Source: an uncultured bacterium (GTDB taxonomy: Bacteria > Patescibacteriota > Minisyncoccia > UBA6257 > 2-01-FULL-56-20). From it: DNA of 64,000 nucleotides. Location: the NCBI GenBank assembly GCA_963830935.1, contig CAWHOC010000012.1, positions 4,475 to 68,474 on the forward strand. The letters are read 5' to 3'. The translations under genes were made by a program, and so were the position numbers. The notes under the pieces were generated by a model. That model saw nothing but the letters and a program-made list of their open reading frames with translations, did not search any database and had not been told where the DNA came from. This document shows, in pieces, positions 32,241 to 40,133 of the stretch; within the stretch, counting starts at the first letter, position 1; each line of letters begins with the position of its first letter.

Positions 32241-32293
32241 AAAATACCCCTTTCGCCGAACAGTCATCTGCCTTGAGGCGAAGGGGGTATTTT
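32241..32293. terminator. hairpin, copy C of the conserved-core family
   Basis: AAAATACCCCT / AGGGGGTATTTT arms around TTCGCCGAACAGTCATCTGCCTTGAGGCGAA. Confidence 0.5.
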
Positions 32294-32298
32294 ATCTA

Positions 32299-32487
32299 TT
32301 ATTCTATCGGGCTCGCGCTGTCATCCGTGTCGGTATCAGTCGCGACATCCGTGTCATCGTCCTCATCCATATCGTCGTCGTCAAGATCGCCGGGAGCATC
32401 GACGACGGTCGGGTCCTCGTCGTCTTCGTCGCTCAATCCGCGAAAGGCGAGCTTTGCTGGAAATAATTCAGTTACCATAATTGCCAA
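32299..32487 (-). CDS. small highly acidic hypothetical protein
   Basis: 62-aa ORF (Asp/Glu-rich) between ruvC and hairpin C. Coding status uncertain. Confidence 0.3.
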   Translation of the reverse strand: MAIMVTELFPAKLAFRGLSDEDDEDPTVVDAPGDLDDDDMDEDDDTDVATDTDTDDSASPIE

Positions 32488-32526
32488 AGTTTCACGACCT
32501 TTTTATTTTTCAACCAGTATATTGTA

Positions 32527-33010
32527 TCATCGCGCACTGTCAAGTAAGCGCTCCCCTGTGGATAAAATAGCCAGGGCGAGCGCGTCGCTCGCATCATCGA
32601 TCAGCTTCAAGTCTCCCTTGCCGAGGATAAGGCGGACCATTTTAAGCACCGCCTTCTTGTCCGCGAGGCCGTATCCCGTCACGCCCGACTTTACTTCGTT
32701 TGGCGTGTACTCCTTTATACGAACACCGCGCTCTTTTGTTGCAAGCAGGATGACGCCCCGCGCTTGCGCGACGGCGAGCGCGGTCCTTGGTGTTTTTGGC
32801 GAAGAAAAGCTTTTCAATTGCCACCACATCGGGCTTGTGCTTTTTTATGAGCGCGTCGATGCCTTTTTTGGTCTCCTCAAGCGCCGGCACGTCATCGGTG
32901 GAGGTGATCGCAAGGATCCCCGCTGTCACGAACGTTATCGTGGGGCCGTTGCATTCCACCACGCCGTATCCTATCCGCCGGGTTCCCGGGTCGATGCCGA
33001 GCGCGATCAT
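32527..33010 (-). CDS. ruvC: crossover junction endodeoxyribonuclease RuvC (frame break ~32790)
   Basis: 'MIALGIDPGTRRIGYGVVE' is in ORF 32642..33091. 'ALAVAQARGVILLA...GYGLADKKAV...DDASDALALA' is in ORF 32527..32829. Confidence 0.8.
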
Positions 33011-33017
33011 AAAAATT

Positions 33018-33560
33018 TCATGAAAAATTAATATTACTATAGACGTTTTGGACGTCGTCATTGTCCTCGAGCGCATCAAGGAGGGCGACAAGTTTTTCTT
33101 TCTCTTCGTCCGGAATATCTTGCGGAAATTTTGCCGTCCATTCGCCGCCGGGGCCGCCCGCGTGTTCGAACGCCCATTGCACGCTTCCGGACTCCGCCCA
33201 CTTGCCGTTGTGGTCGCGCAGAACTGTTTTTATTTCCTGCGCCGTGCGGTTGCGGTTATCGCTGAGCGCCTCGATGAGGATCGCCGCGCCGCCGGGCCCG
33301 TACGCTTCATATAATAATTCCTCCAATTTTTCCGCCGGGTCGGCGGCGCGCTTGATTGCGCGATCGATCGTGTCCGCCGGCACGCCTGCCTCGCGCGCTT
33401 TCGCGACCGCCGTGCGGAGGCGCGGATTGAAGTCCGGGTTCGGCTCGGCGTGCGCCGCCGCCGAGATCAATTTGAGCGATTTCGAAAATATCTTTCCCCG
33501 CTTCTTGTCGGTGATCTCTTTTTTGTGTTTTATTCCCGCCCAATGCGAATGTCCTGACAT
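33018..33560 (-). CDS. yebC: YebC/PmpR-family DNA-binding regulator (short form)
   Basis: 'MSGHSHWAGIKHKKEITDKKRGKIFSK...' starts at the internal ATG 33560. TGA stop at 33018..33020. Confidence 0.8.
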   Translation of the reverse strand: MSGHSHWAGIKHKKEITDKKRGKIFSKSLKLISAAAHAEPNPDFNPRLRTAVAKAREAGVPADTIDRAIKRAADPAEKLEELLYEAYGPGGAAILIEALSDNRNRTAQEIKTVLRDHNGKWAESGSVQWAFEHAGGPGGEWTAKFPQDIPDEEKEKLVALLDALEDNDDVQNVYSNINFS

Positions 33561-33598
33561 ATTGCTTGCATTATATCCACGCGGTATCATCATAGCAA

Positions 33599-35353
33599 AT
33601 GCTTGACGCACCTCAGAACGACCTAAAAGAGAAGCTCGCAAAGCTCCGGCGCGACGGCGAGGAGCGCGCCGCCCAACGGCTCGCGGAGAAGCTTGGGCTT
33701 TCGTATGTGGACCTCGGAAAGGTTCCCGTGTCGCTCGATGCGGTGAGGATATTAGCCGGAGAACGAGGCGAAGGACGCAAAAGTTGCGGCAATCGAACTG
33801 AAAGCGAATAAGGTTGCGCTTGCGGCGGCTCAATCCGGAACTGCCCGCCACAAAACAAGTCGTCGAGGAGCTCGCGGCAAAAAAATATGAAGTAAAGGTG
33901 GTCGTTGTTTCGCCATCCAGTATGGATGCGGCGTGGCATTTTTATCAGTTCATAAACCCGGCGTCGGAAACGATCACGGGGAAGGTGGAGATCGCCGAGG
34001 AGCGCCTTGATGCGCTTGAAGGCAAGGCTTGATGACGATCGACGCGGTGCACAAAGAGATCGCTGCGCTTCCGCTCGCGAATGTGTCGCCGGTGGCGCTC
34101 ATCGAAATAATTTTGGCGGGCGCGATGGGATTGCGCGCGTCGGACATTCACACCGAGGCGGGGGAGAAAAAAGCGAAGATCCGTTTCCGCATCGACGGAC
34201 TGCTTGCACGACATGTTTGACGACATTCCGCTTGGCGCGTATCACACGTTCGTGTCGCGCATCAAATTGCTTTCCGAGATGAAGCTGAATGTGCGCGATG
34301 CGGCACAGGACGGCCGCTTTACGATCGGGCTTGGCGATAAAGATATCGAGATGCGCGTGTCCGTGATCCCGGCGGAGTTCGGCGAGACGATCGTTATGAG
34401 AATTTTGGATCCGTCGGCGACGATGGTCACCTTGCCGCAGCTTGGACTTCGCGCGGACAACCTCGCGCTCGTAAAGAAGAAGATATCCCAGCCGAACGGG
34501 CTTGATTTTGAACACCGGGCCGACCGGTTCCGGAAAGACGACGACACTTTACGCGTTCTTGCGCACCATGAACGATCCGACGATGAAGATCATCACCCTT
34601 GAGGACCCGATCGAGTATCGGATCGAGGGCATGGAGCAGACGCAGATCGACGAGGAGGCCGGATATACCTTTGGCAACGGGTTGCGCGCCATCGTGCGCC
34701 AGGACCCGGACGTGATCCTGGTTGGCGAGGTACGCGATCTTGAGACGGCGGATATCGCGCTTGAAGCGGCGCTGACCGGGCACTTGGTGCTCTCAACGCT
34801 GCACACGAACGATGCGGTCGGCGCGGTGCCGCGCTTGATCAATCTTGGCGTGAAGGCGGTGAGCATCGGCCCGGCGCTTTCGCTCGCGATCGCGCAACGC
34901 CTCGTGCGCGTGCTCTGCAAGGATTGCAAAAAAGAGGCCGCGCTGGATGCGGCGACCGCGGAGAAGATCGCAAAATTCCTTGCCGCGTTGCCGGCTAAGG
35001 TGGATAAGAAAGCCATATGACGGCTATAAGATCTATGCGCCGGTGGGATGCGAAAAGTGCAATGGCATCGGATACAAAGGTCGCGTTGGCGTATTTGAAT
35101 TTTTGGAAGGCGGCGGCGGATCTGGAGAAAACAATCTTGCAGGAAGCGTCGGAGGTTGCGTTTGCGCGAGGTGGCCGCGCGGCAGGAGATGGTGACGATG
35201 CAGCAGGACGGAATTTTGAAAGTGCTTGAAGGGAAGACGACATTTGAGGAGGTGATCGGCGCGACGGGGGATGTTGGTGTGGTGAGTCGCGATTATGTTA
35301 CCTGCCGGCAGATGATAGTTCGGCAAAAATACATGCGCACTCACGCTCATTGA
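33599..35353 (+). pseudogene. GspE/PilB-type type II secretion / type IV pilus assembly ATPase, about 7 frame breaks or stops
   Basis: Fragments lie in 7 or more track ORFs. They include the N-terminal T2SSE_N-like 'LAEKLGLSYVDLGKVPVSLDA', 'ASDIHTEAGEKKAKIRFRIDG', Walker A 'TGPTGSGKTTTL', 'IVRQDPDVILVGEVRD', 'TGHLVLSTLHTNDA' and 'CEKCNGIGYKGRVGVFE'. Confidence 0.75.
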
Positions 35354-35360
35354 TAATAAA

Positions 35361-35386
35361 AAAATAAGCGCGGACGCTTATTTTTT
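35361..35386 (+). terminator. rho-independent terminator
   Basis: AAAATAAGCG-CGGA-CGCTTATTTTTT. Confidence 0.55.
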
Positions 35387-35402
35387 AACAAACGTAGTAA
35401 AC

Positions 35403-35546
35403 TCAGACCTGGGGGCAATTCCTCGCGAAAGGATAATGATCTCTTCTATCTAATGATAAAAGAGGCTAGAATTACTCAAAGGAGAGGACCAGCCGAAACC
35501 GGTTCATCCTGTAGTTTTTAGAAATAACTCCCGCCCCCAGATCTGA
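35403..35546. other. 144-nt element bounded by 14-nt imperfect inverted repeats (structured ncRNA or MITE-like candidate)
   Basis: TCAGACCTGGGGGC (35403..35416) versus GCCCCCAGATCTGA (35533..35546), with 13 of 14 positions complementary. Internal direct repeat TAGAATTACTC / TAGAAATAACTC. Confidence 0.3.
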
Positions 35547-35667
35547 ATCAGCTACTTTTAATGAACATGTGATTTGCCAACAGCCCATATTTATTGAGCA
35601 CTGGGATATGTTAGCATATAGAATATTATTTGTCAAGCCAGCCTATCCATATAATCCACCCAAACCC

Positions 35668-36689
35668 ATGCCAAAAACACCCCACGCCAACGGTCCTGCT
35701 AATGCCTCAGGCAACAAAGAAGACCCGAATATCGATCTCACCCTCCGGCCCACCGAGTGGGATGAGTATATCGGCCAGGAAAAAATAAAAGATAATTTAA
35801 AAACGCTTTTGAGCGCCGCGAAAAAACGCGGCGAGTCCGCCGACCATCTTTTATTTTCCGGCCCGGCGGGATTGGGGAAGACGACGCTCGCGTATCTCGT
35901 TGCGCGCGAACTTGGCGGGATGATCAAAACCACATCCGGCCCGGCGTTGGAAAAAGCGGGCGACCTTGCCGCGGTGCTCACCAATCTTTCGCCCGGCGAA
36001 ATTTTATTTATCGACGAAGCGCATCGCATCAACCCGATGATCGAAGAGGTGTTATATCCGGCGATGGAGGCGCGCAAGCTGCACCTCGTTGTCGGCAAAG
36101 GGCCGTCGGCGCGGACGCTCTCGCTCGATCTTCCGCCGTTCACGTTGATCGCGGCGACGACGCGCGAGAATCTTTTTCGCAGCCATTGCGCTCGCGTTTC
36201 GGCGCGACGTTGCGCCTCGGCTATTACACGCCGGATGATATCAAAAGTATCTTAAAGCGCTCGGCAGCAATTTTGGGCGTGGAGGCCAAGCCCGAGGCGA
36301 TCGACATCCTTGCGCGCGCGTCGCGCGGGACACCGCGCGTTGCGAACCGGCTCTTGCGCCGCGCGCGCGACTTTGCCGAAGTGCACGGCGAGAGCGTGAT
36401 CGACGAGGACGCCGCGCGGAAGACGCTCGCGATGCTCGAGATCGACGAGGTGGGGCTTGAGCCGCAGGACCGCGAGCTTCTTATGACAATCATTGAGAAG
36501 TTCCATGGCGGCCCCGTGGGCATCAACACCATCGCCGCCGCGCTCGCGCAGGATCGCGGCGCGATCGAGGATATCTACGAGCCGTATCTAATGACGCTCG
36601 GTTTCCTCCAGCGCTCTTCCGCAGGGCGCATCGTCCTGCCTGCGGCATATCGGCATTTGAAGATAAAAGGGTACGAGGAATTGCTGTAG
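35668..36689 (+). CDS. ruvB: Holliday junction branch migration helicase RuvB (frame break in the T5 run 36173..36177)
   Basis: '[15 protein letters not shown]', 'ILFIDEAHR'. A T6 run would give ...[25 protein letters not shown].... Confidence 0.9.
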
Positions 36690-36694
36690 GAAAT

Positions 36695-36745
36695 ATTAAA
36701 AAATCATTAAAAAGTTTTTGACTTTTATTTTGCGCGGACTAGAAT
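36695..36745 (+). promoter_or_regulatory. promoter-like block, copy 1 (A/T UP-like tract, TTGACT-16 nt-TAGAAT)
   Basis: The 34-nt ATTAAAAAATCATTAAAAAGTTTTTGACTTTTAT (36695..36728) is identical to 45097..45130. -35 at 36718..36723 and -10 at 36740..36745. Confidence 0.4.
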
Positions 36746-36751
36746 AATAGG

Positions 36752-36834
36752 CGAGACAGTGTCCTGCCGAGATGGCGGACCCAAATCCTGTTTGTCACAA
36801 AAATAGCCCCTTCGCGGGGGCTGTTTTTGTTTTT
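36752..36834 (+). ncRNA. candidate small RNA (~80 nt) between the promoter-like block and an intrinsic terminator
   Basis: A hairpin GTCC-T-GCC/GAGAT/GGC-GGAC, then the terminator AGCCCC-TTCGCG-GGGGCT + GTTTTTGTTTTT (36805..36834). No family recognised. Confidence 0.3.
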
Positions 36835-36885
36835 AGATAGTTTTAATTGGTCATTGGTTATTCTGCTTTTGCCGGTGGAAACCAT

Positions 36886-36958
36886 GGGCCCGTCGTCTAT
36901 ATGGTAAGACACTGTTTTTGACAAACAGGGAAAACGGGTTCGACTCCCGCCGGGTCCA
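36886..36958 (+). tRNA. class-I tRNA, hand-folded anticodon UGA, acceptor G3:U70 with A73; isotype ambiguous
   Basis: Cloverleaf: acceptor GGGCCCG/CGGGTCC, D stem GTCT/AGAC, anticodon stem CTGTT/AACAG with loop TTTGACA, 5-nt variable region, T arm (A)CGGG-TTCGACT-CCCG(C). Confidence 0.7.
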
Positions 36959-37022
36959 CCGGTGCGCCCGGGCTGTACACGGGCATAGCTTGGGCGCGTG
37001 CCCCCGACACCAATAATAAAAT

Positions 37023-37331
37023 ATGATCTATATCAACGAATGGCTTCCAAATCCGGTCGGCAATGATGCGGCAGGAGAATTCATCGAGCTCTATAATAGC
37101 GGCACGGGAGTTGCGAGCCTTGATGCCTACACGCTCGGCGATGGCGCGAAGAAAACATTTTCGCTCGCTGGGTACGGCATCCCGCCCGGCGGGTATCTTG
37201 TTCTGAAGAAAGCGCAGGATAAATTGTCTTTAAAAAACACAGACGGGACAGTAATGTTATATGGTCCCGGCGGGCAGGTGATAGATAGCGCGAGCTTTGC
37301 CGGCGCGGCGCCGGAAGGGAAGAGCTTCTCC
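37023..37331 (+). CDS. lamin-tail-domain (LTD) protein, end undefined (homology stops ~37331)
   Basis: 'INEWLPNPVGNDAAGEFIELYNSGTGVASLDAYTLGD...APEGKSFS'. The track ORF continues as antisense of the apbE fragment. Confidence 0.5.
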
Positions 37332-37619
37332 GGACGGATCAAGATTTCCTGCCGGTGTTTTGATATCGAAGTAGCCGTTTGTCTCGCGCTTCGTCTCCTC
37401 GCACATCGCGAAGATGAGCCGCATCTCCTCGCTCGCGTCCGCGAGAGCGAGCGTGCCGCGATTGATCGCTTCTATCTCGCTCGTCGATTTATACGTGCTG
37501 AACTTCTCATCGATGTGCGCGAAATACGTGAAAACTTCATTAAAAATATCGCCGGTCGCTTTCGCGTCGACGATCTCTATGGTGATGGGCATGCCCATCA
37601 TGACGCGGGTTTCTTTCAT
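37329..37619 (-). pseudogene. apbE: ApbE-like flavin transferase, N-terminal ~97 codons only
   Basis: 'MGMPITIEIVD...EKFSTYKSTSEIEAINRG...TNGYFDIKTPAGNLDPSG', after which homology is lost. Downstream of an FMN-binding-domain gene. Confidence 0.5.
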
Positions 37620-37624
37620 CCGTA

Positions 37625-38137
37625 TTAGGTTTTTGCCTGTGCGAGCGCCGACGCGAGCGACTGTTGGAAGGCGTTGGAATCCTGCGTCGCGCCGGAAACG
37701 GCGTCCACGTTCGCGCTCTGCGCGGCGATCGCCTCCTGCCGCAGCTGGGGCAATGCGTACGCGGCCACCTCGCCCGAGTGACCGCCGCTCGGGTGTTGCG
37801 GGAATTGAACGTCCGCAAGCGCCCCACCCTGAATGACGGCGATCACTTGAAGATTTCCATAGAACGCGTCAGCAACCGCGCCGGTGTAGCTGCCGTCTTT
37901 ATATTGTCCGGTGGGAGTAGTCGTTGTGGCGGGAGTATTTACCGGAGTGCCCGGCGGGTTCCCCGCGGGTGGCGTGGTGGCCGGGATCGTCGAAGTGGGA
38001 CCGTTCGTATTCGGCGTGCCGGTTGACGTCGCGGTCGGCGCCACCGGTGTAATGGGCTGATTGTTGTTATTGTTGGCAAAAATGGCGTACGCGATGAACG
38101 CGGCCGCCACTACTCCGCCAATGAGGTATTTTTTCAT
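37625..38137 (-). CDS. secreted/anchored FMN-binding domain protein
   Basis: N-terminal TM, a Thr/Pro linker and 'NVDAVSGATQDSNAF' (flavinylation-type SGAT motif). Confidence 0.7.
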   Translation of the reverse strand: MKKYLIGGVVAAAFIAYAIFANNNNNQPITPVAPTATSTGTPNTNGPTSTIPATTPPAGNPPGTPVNTPATTTTPTGQYKDGSYTGAVADAFYGNLQVIAVIQGGALADVQFPQHPSGGHSGEVAAYALPQLRQEAIAAQSANVDAVSGATQDSNAFQQSLASALAQAKT

Positions 38138-38220
38138 GGAAGCGCCTCGTTTATTACGTACATCCTACTTCGCTTCTTACGACGCCGCAAGCGGCTTTGG
38201 TGCGGCGCTATGCCTAAAAC

Positions 38221-40056
38221 CTAGAGCTTTTTCGCGAGCTCTTCCGCCTCCGCGATCATCGCGGCCAAGCTCACATTGATGCCGTTCTCCCAGAAATCCT
38301 TGCCGGTAGGATCAAGTCCGAACGGGGCGAGCAATTCAACGACATCCTTTGTGCCTCCAGAACGCAGGAGGTCAAGATAGAGGGGTTCGAAACGATCACC
38401 GAGTGATGGCTGTTGTGCGTACAAACTCTGGGTCAGCAGTTCTCCAAATGCATAGCCGTACACATAGAACGGCCGTTGAAAGTGCGACACATACGTCCAA
38501 AGATGTTCGCTGTTCTCGTATGTGAAAACCTCCCCATCGTTTCCGTAGAATTCTTTGAGTGTTGTGAGCCAGATCGCGTCCAGTTCTTCCACGGAAAGTT
38601 TTTTGGGTTCGGCCCATGTTTTGTACGTCGCATCCATGCCGTGCAGGCGCCGCTCGAAGTTCGAGAACCCGATCTGGCGCACGACCGTGTTCAGGTTTCC
38701 GTCTATCTTATCGATGATGAGCGCGAGCAGCGCTTTCACATCACCCTTCTCCTTCAATCGCTGTTTCAAAAAATTGAACGTGGTCATCTCGCCGAACACC
38801 GATGCGGTCTCGGCGTACGCGATCGGCGCCTGTGCCATGAGCACGCCCTGGGCCTCGCCCGCGAGCATGCCGTGAACGCCATGCCCCAATTCGTGGGCGA
38901 GCGTCATCACGTCATTGTCGGACCCGAGATAGTTCAAGAATACAAAAGAGGTGGGATGGTTGCCGGGGAGCACAATGGAATAATTGAATGCGCCGCCGCG
39001 CCGCCCTTTCGTGACGGGCGCATCGATGCGATGCGTTGCGGCGAAATTTTTTACCAGTCCTGCGAGCGTCGGACTGAAGCTCGCGTATGCCGCGAGCACG
39101 GTCTCCATCGCTTTGTCGAACGGCACGATCGTCGTATCGGCGAACGGCAGCGGCGCATTGCGGTCGCTCCACTTCAATTTCTCCATTCCGAACAGTTCGG
39201 CTTTCAGCGCGTAATGGCGGCGAGCGAGCGGACCTGCCGTCGTCGTGACCGCTTCGTGCAGCGCGTTCACCACCGCGTCGGGGATATGGTTCGATTTATT
39301 GCGGCCATCCATCGGATGTTTGTATTCGCGTTCGCGCCGTTCCACCGCCATCTCGCCGGCAACAACATAAAGTGATTGCGCCGCGTATTTTGCAAAATAG
39401 CCGCCGAGCCCGGCGTTGATCACTTTCAATGCCTCGGCGCGTTCCCCGGCATCCTTGGAATTGGTGAGCACATCAAGAAGTTCGGTGAGCGTTTTTTCCG
39501 TGCCGCGGAACGGGAGCCGTATGTCCGCTTCCACTTCGTCAAAAAACTCGCTCCATGAACCGGGACCGAACGGAGATCGTTTTGCGAGCGCGCCTTCCAC
39601 CGGCTCGCTCAAGAGATGCGGTTTGAAAACGCGTGCGTGTTCGATCCACGGCCGGTGGCGTGCCACCACCGGGTCGGACTCGTAGAATTTTGCGAGCGTC
39701 GCGTCGTCAAGCGCCACGAGCTCGATATCAAAGAACGTGAGAAAATTTCCGCTTGCCTCGCTCGATATCCGTTCCGCTTCAGCTATCTTCGCCTTTACCG
39801 TGGCCTCGGTCACATCCAAACTCTGCCGGAGATAAAGATAGACGAAGATCTTTTCCACACGCATCGATATTTCCGCGAAATCGGCGATCGCACCGCCCAA
39901 CCTCTCCGCCAATTTGCCCTTATAGTTCTCGTAAAATTTCTTTTCGAGCGCGACGAGTTCCGCCAAGTCCTTGTCTATCTGCGGATCACCGACGCCCGAG
40001 TAGAAGTTGCTAAGATCCCACCGCACCTGCTCCGTCCCTAAAGCATTATTTTCCAT
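38221..40056 (-). CDS. pepF: M3-family oligoendopeptidase F
   Basis: Intact 611-aa ORF with the 'TLAHELGHGVH' zinc motif. Confidence 0.85.
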   Translation of the reverse strand: MENNALGTEQVRWDLSNFYSGVGDPQIDKDLAELVALEKKFYENYKGKLAERLGGAIADFAEISMRVEKIFVYLYLRQSLDVTEATVKAKIAEAERISSEASGNFLTFFDIELVALDDATLAKFYESDPVVARHRPWIEHARVFKPHLLSEPVEGALAKRSPFGPGSWSEFFDEVEADIRLPFRGTEKTLTELLDVLTNSKDAGERAEALKVINAGLGGYFAKYAAQSLYVVAGEMAVERREREYKHPMDGRNKSNHIPDAVVNALHEAVTTTAGPLARRHYALKAELFGMEKLKWSDRNAPLPFADTTIVPFDKAMETVLAAYASFSPTLAGLVKNFAATHRIDAPVTKGRRGGAFNYSIVLPGNHPTSFVFLNYLGSDNDVMTLAHELGHGVHGMLAGEAQGVLMAQAPIAYAETASVFGEMTTFNFLKQRLKEKGDVKALLALIIDKIDGNLNTVVRQIGFSNFERRLHGMDATYKTWAEPKKLSVEELDAIWLTTLKEFYGNDGEVFTYENSEHLWTYVSHFQRPFYVYGYAFGELLTQSLYAQQPSLGDRFEPLYLDLLRSGGTKDVVELLAPFGLDPTGKDFWENGINVSLAAMIAEAEELAKKL

Positions 40057-40133
40057 GCATAAAGTATAAACGGTCAGGCCTCATGAGTGCAAAGTTTAGA
40101 TAGTTTTAATCGGCATTGTTGTATGCTCCCCGC

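Noticed and set aside
36745-36960. tmRNA (ssrA), suggested by the 3' end CGGGTTCGACTCCCGCCGGGTCCACC resembling the tmRNA T-arm/acceptor, and by G3:U70
   Set aside because: The 73 nt fold as a complete cloverleaf with D and anticodon arms. There is no room for pseudoknots or a tag reading frame, and the upstream 80 nt ends in its own terminator.
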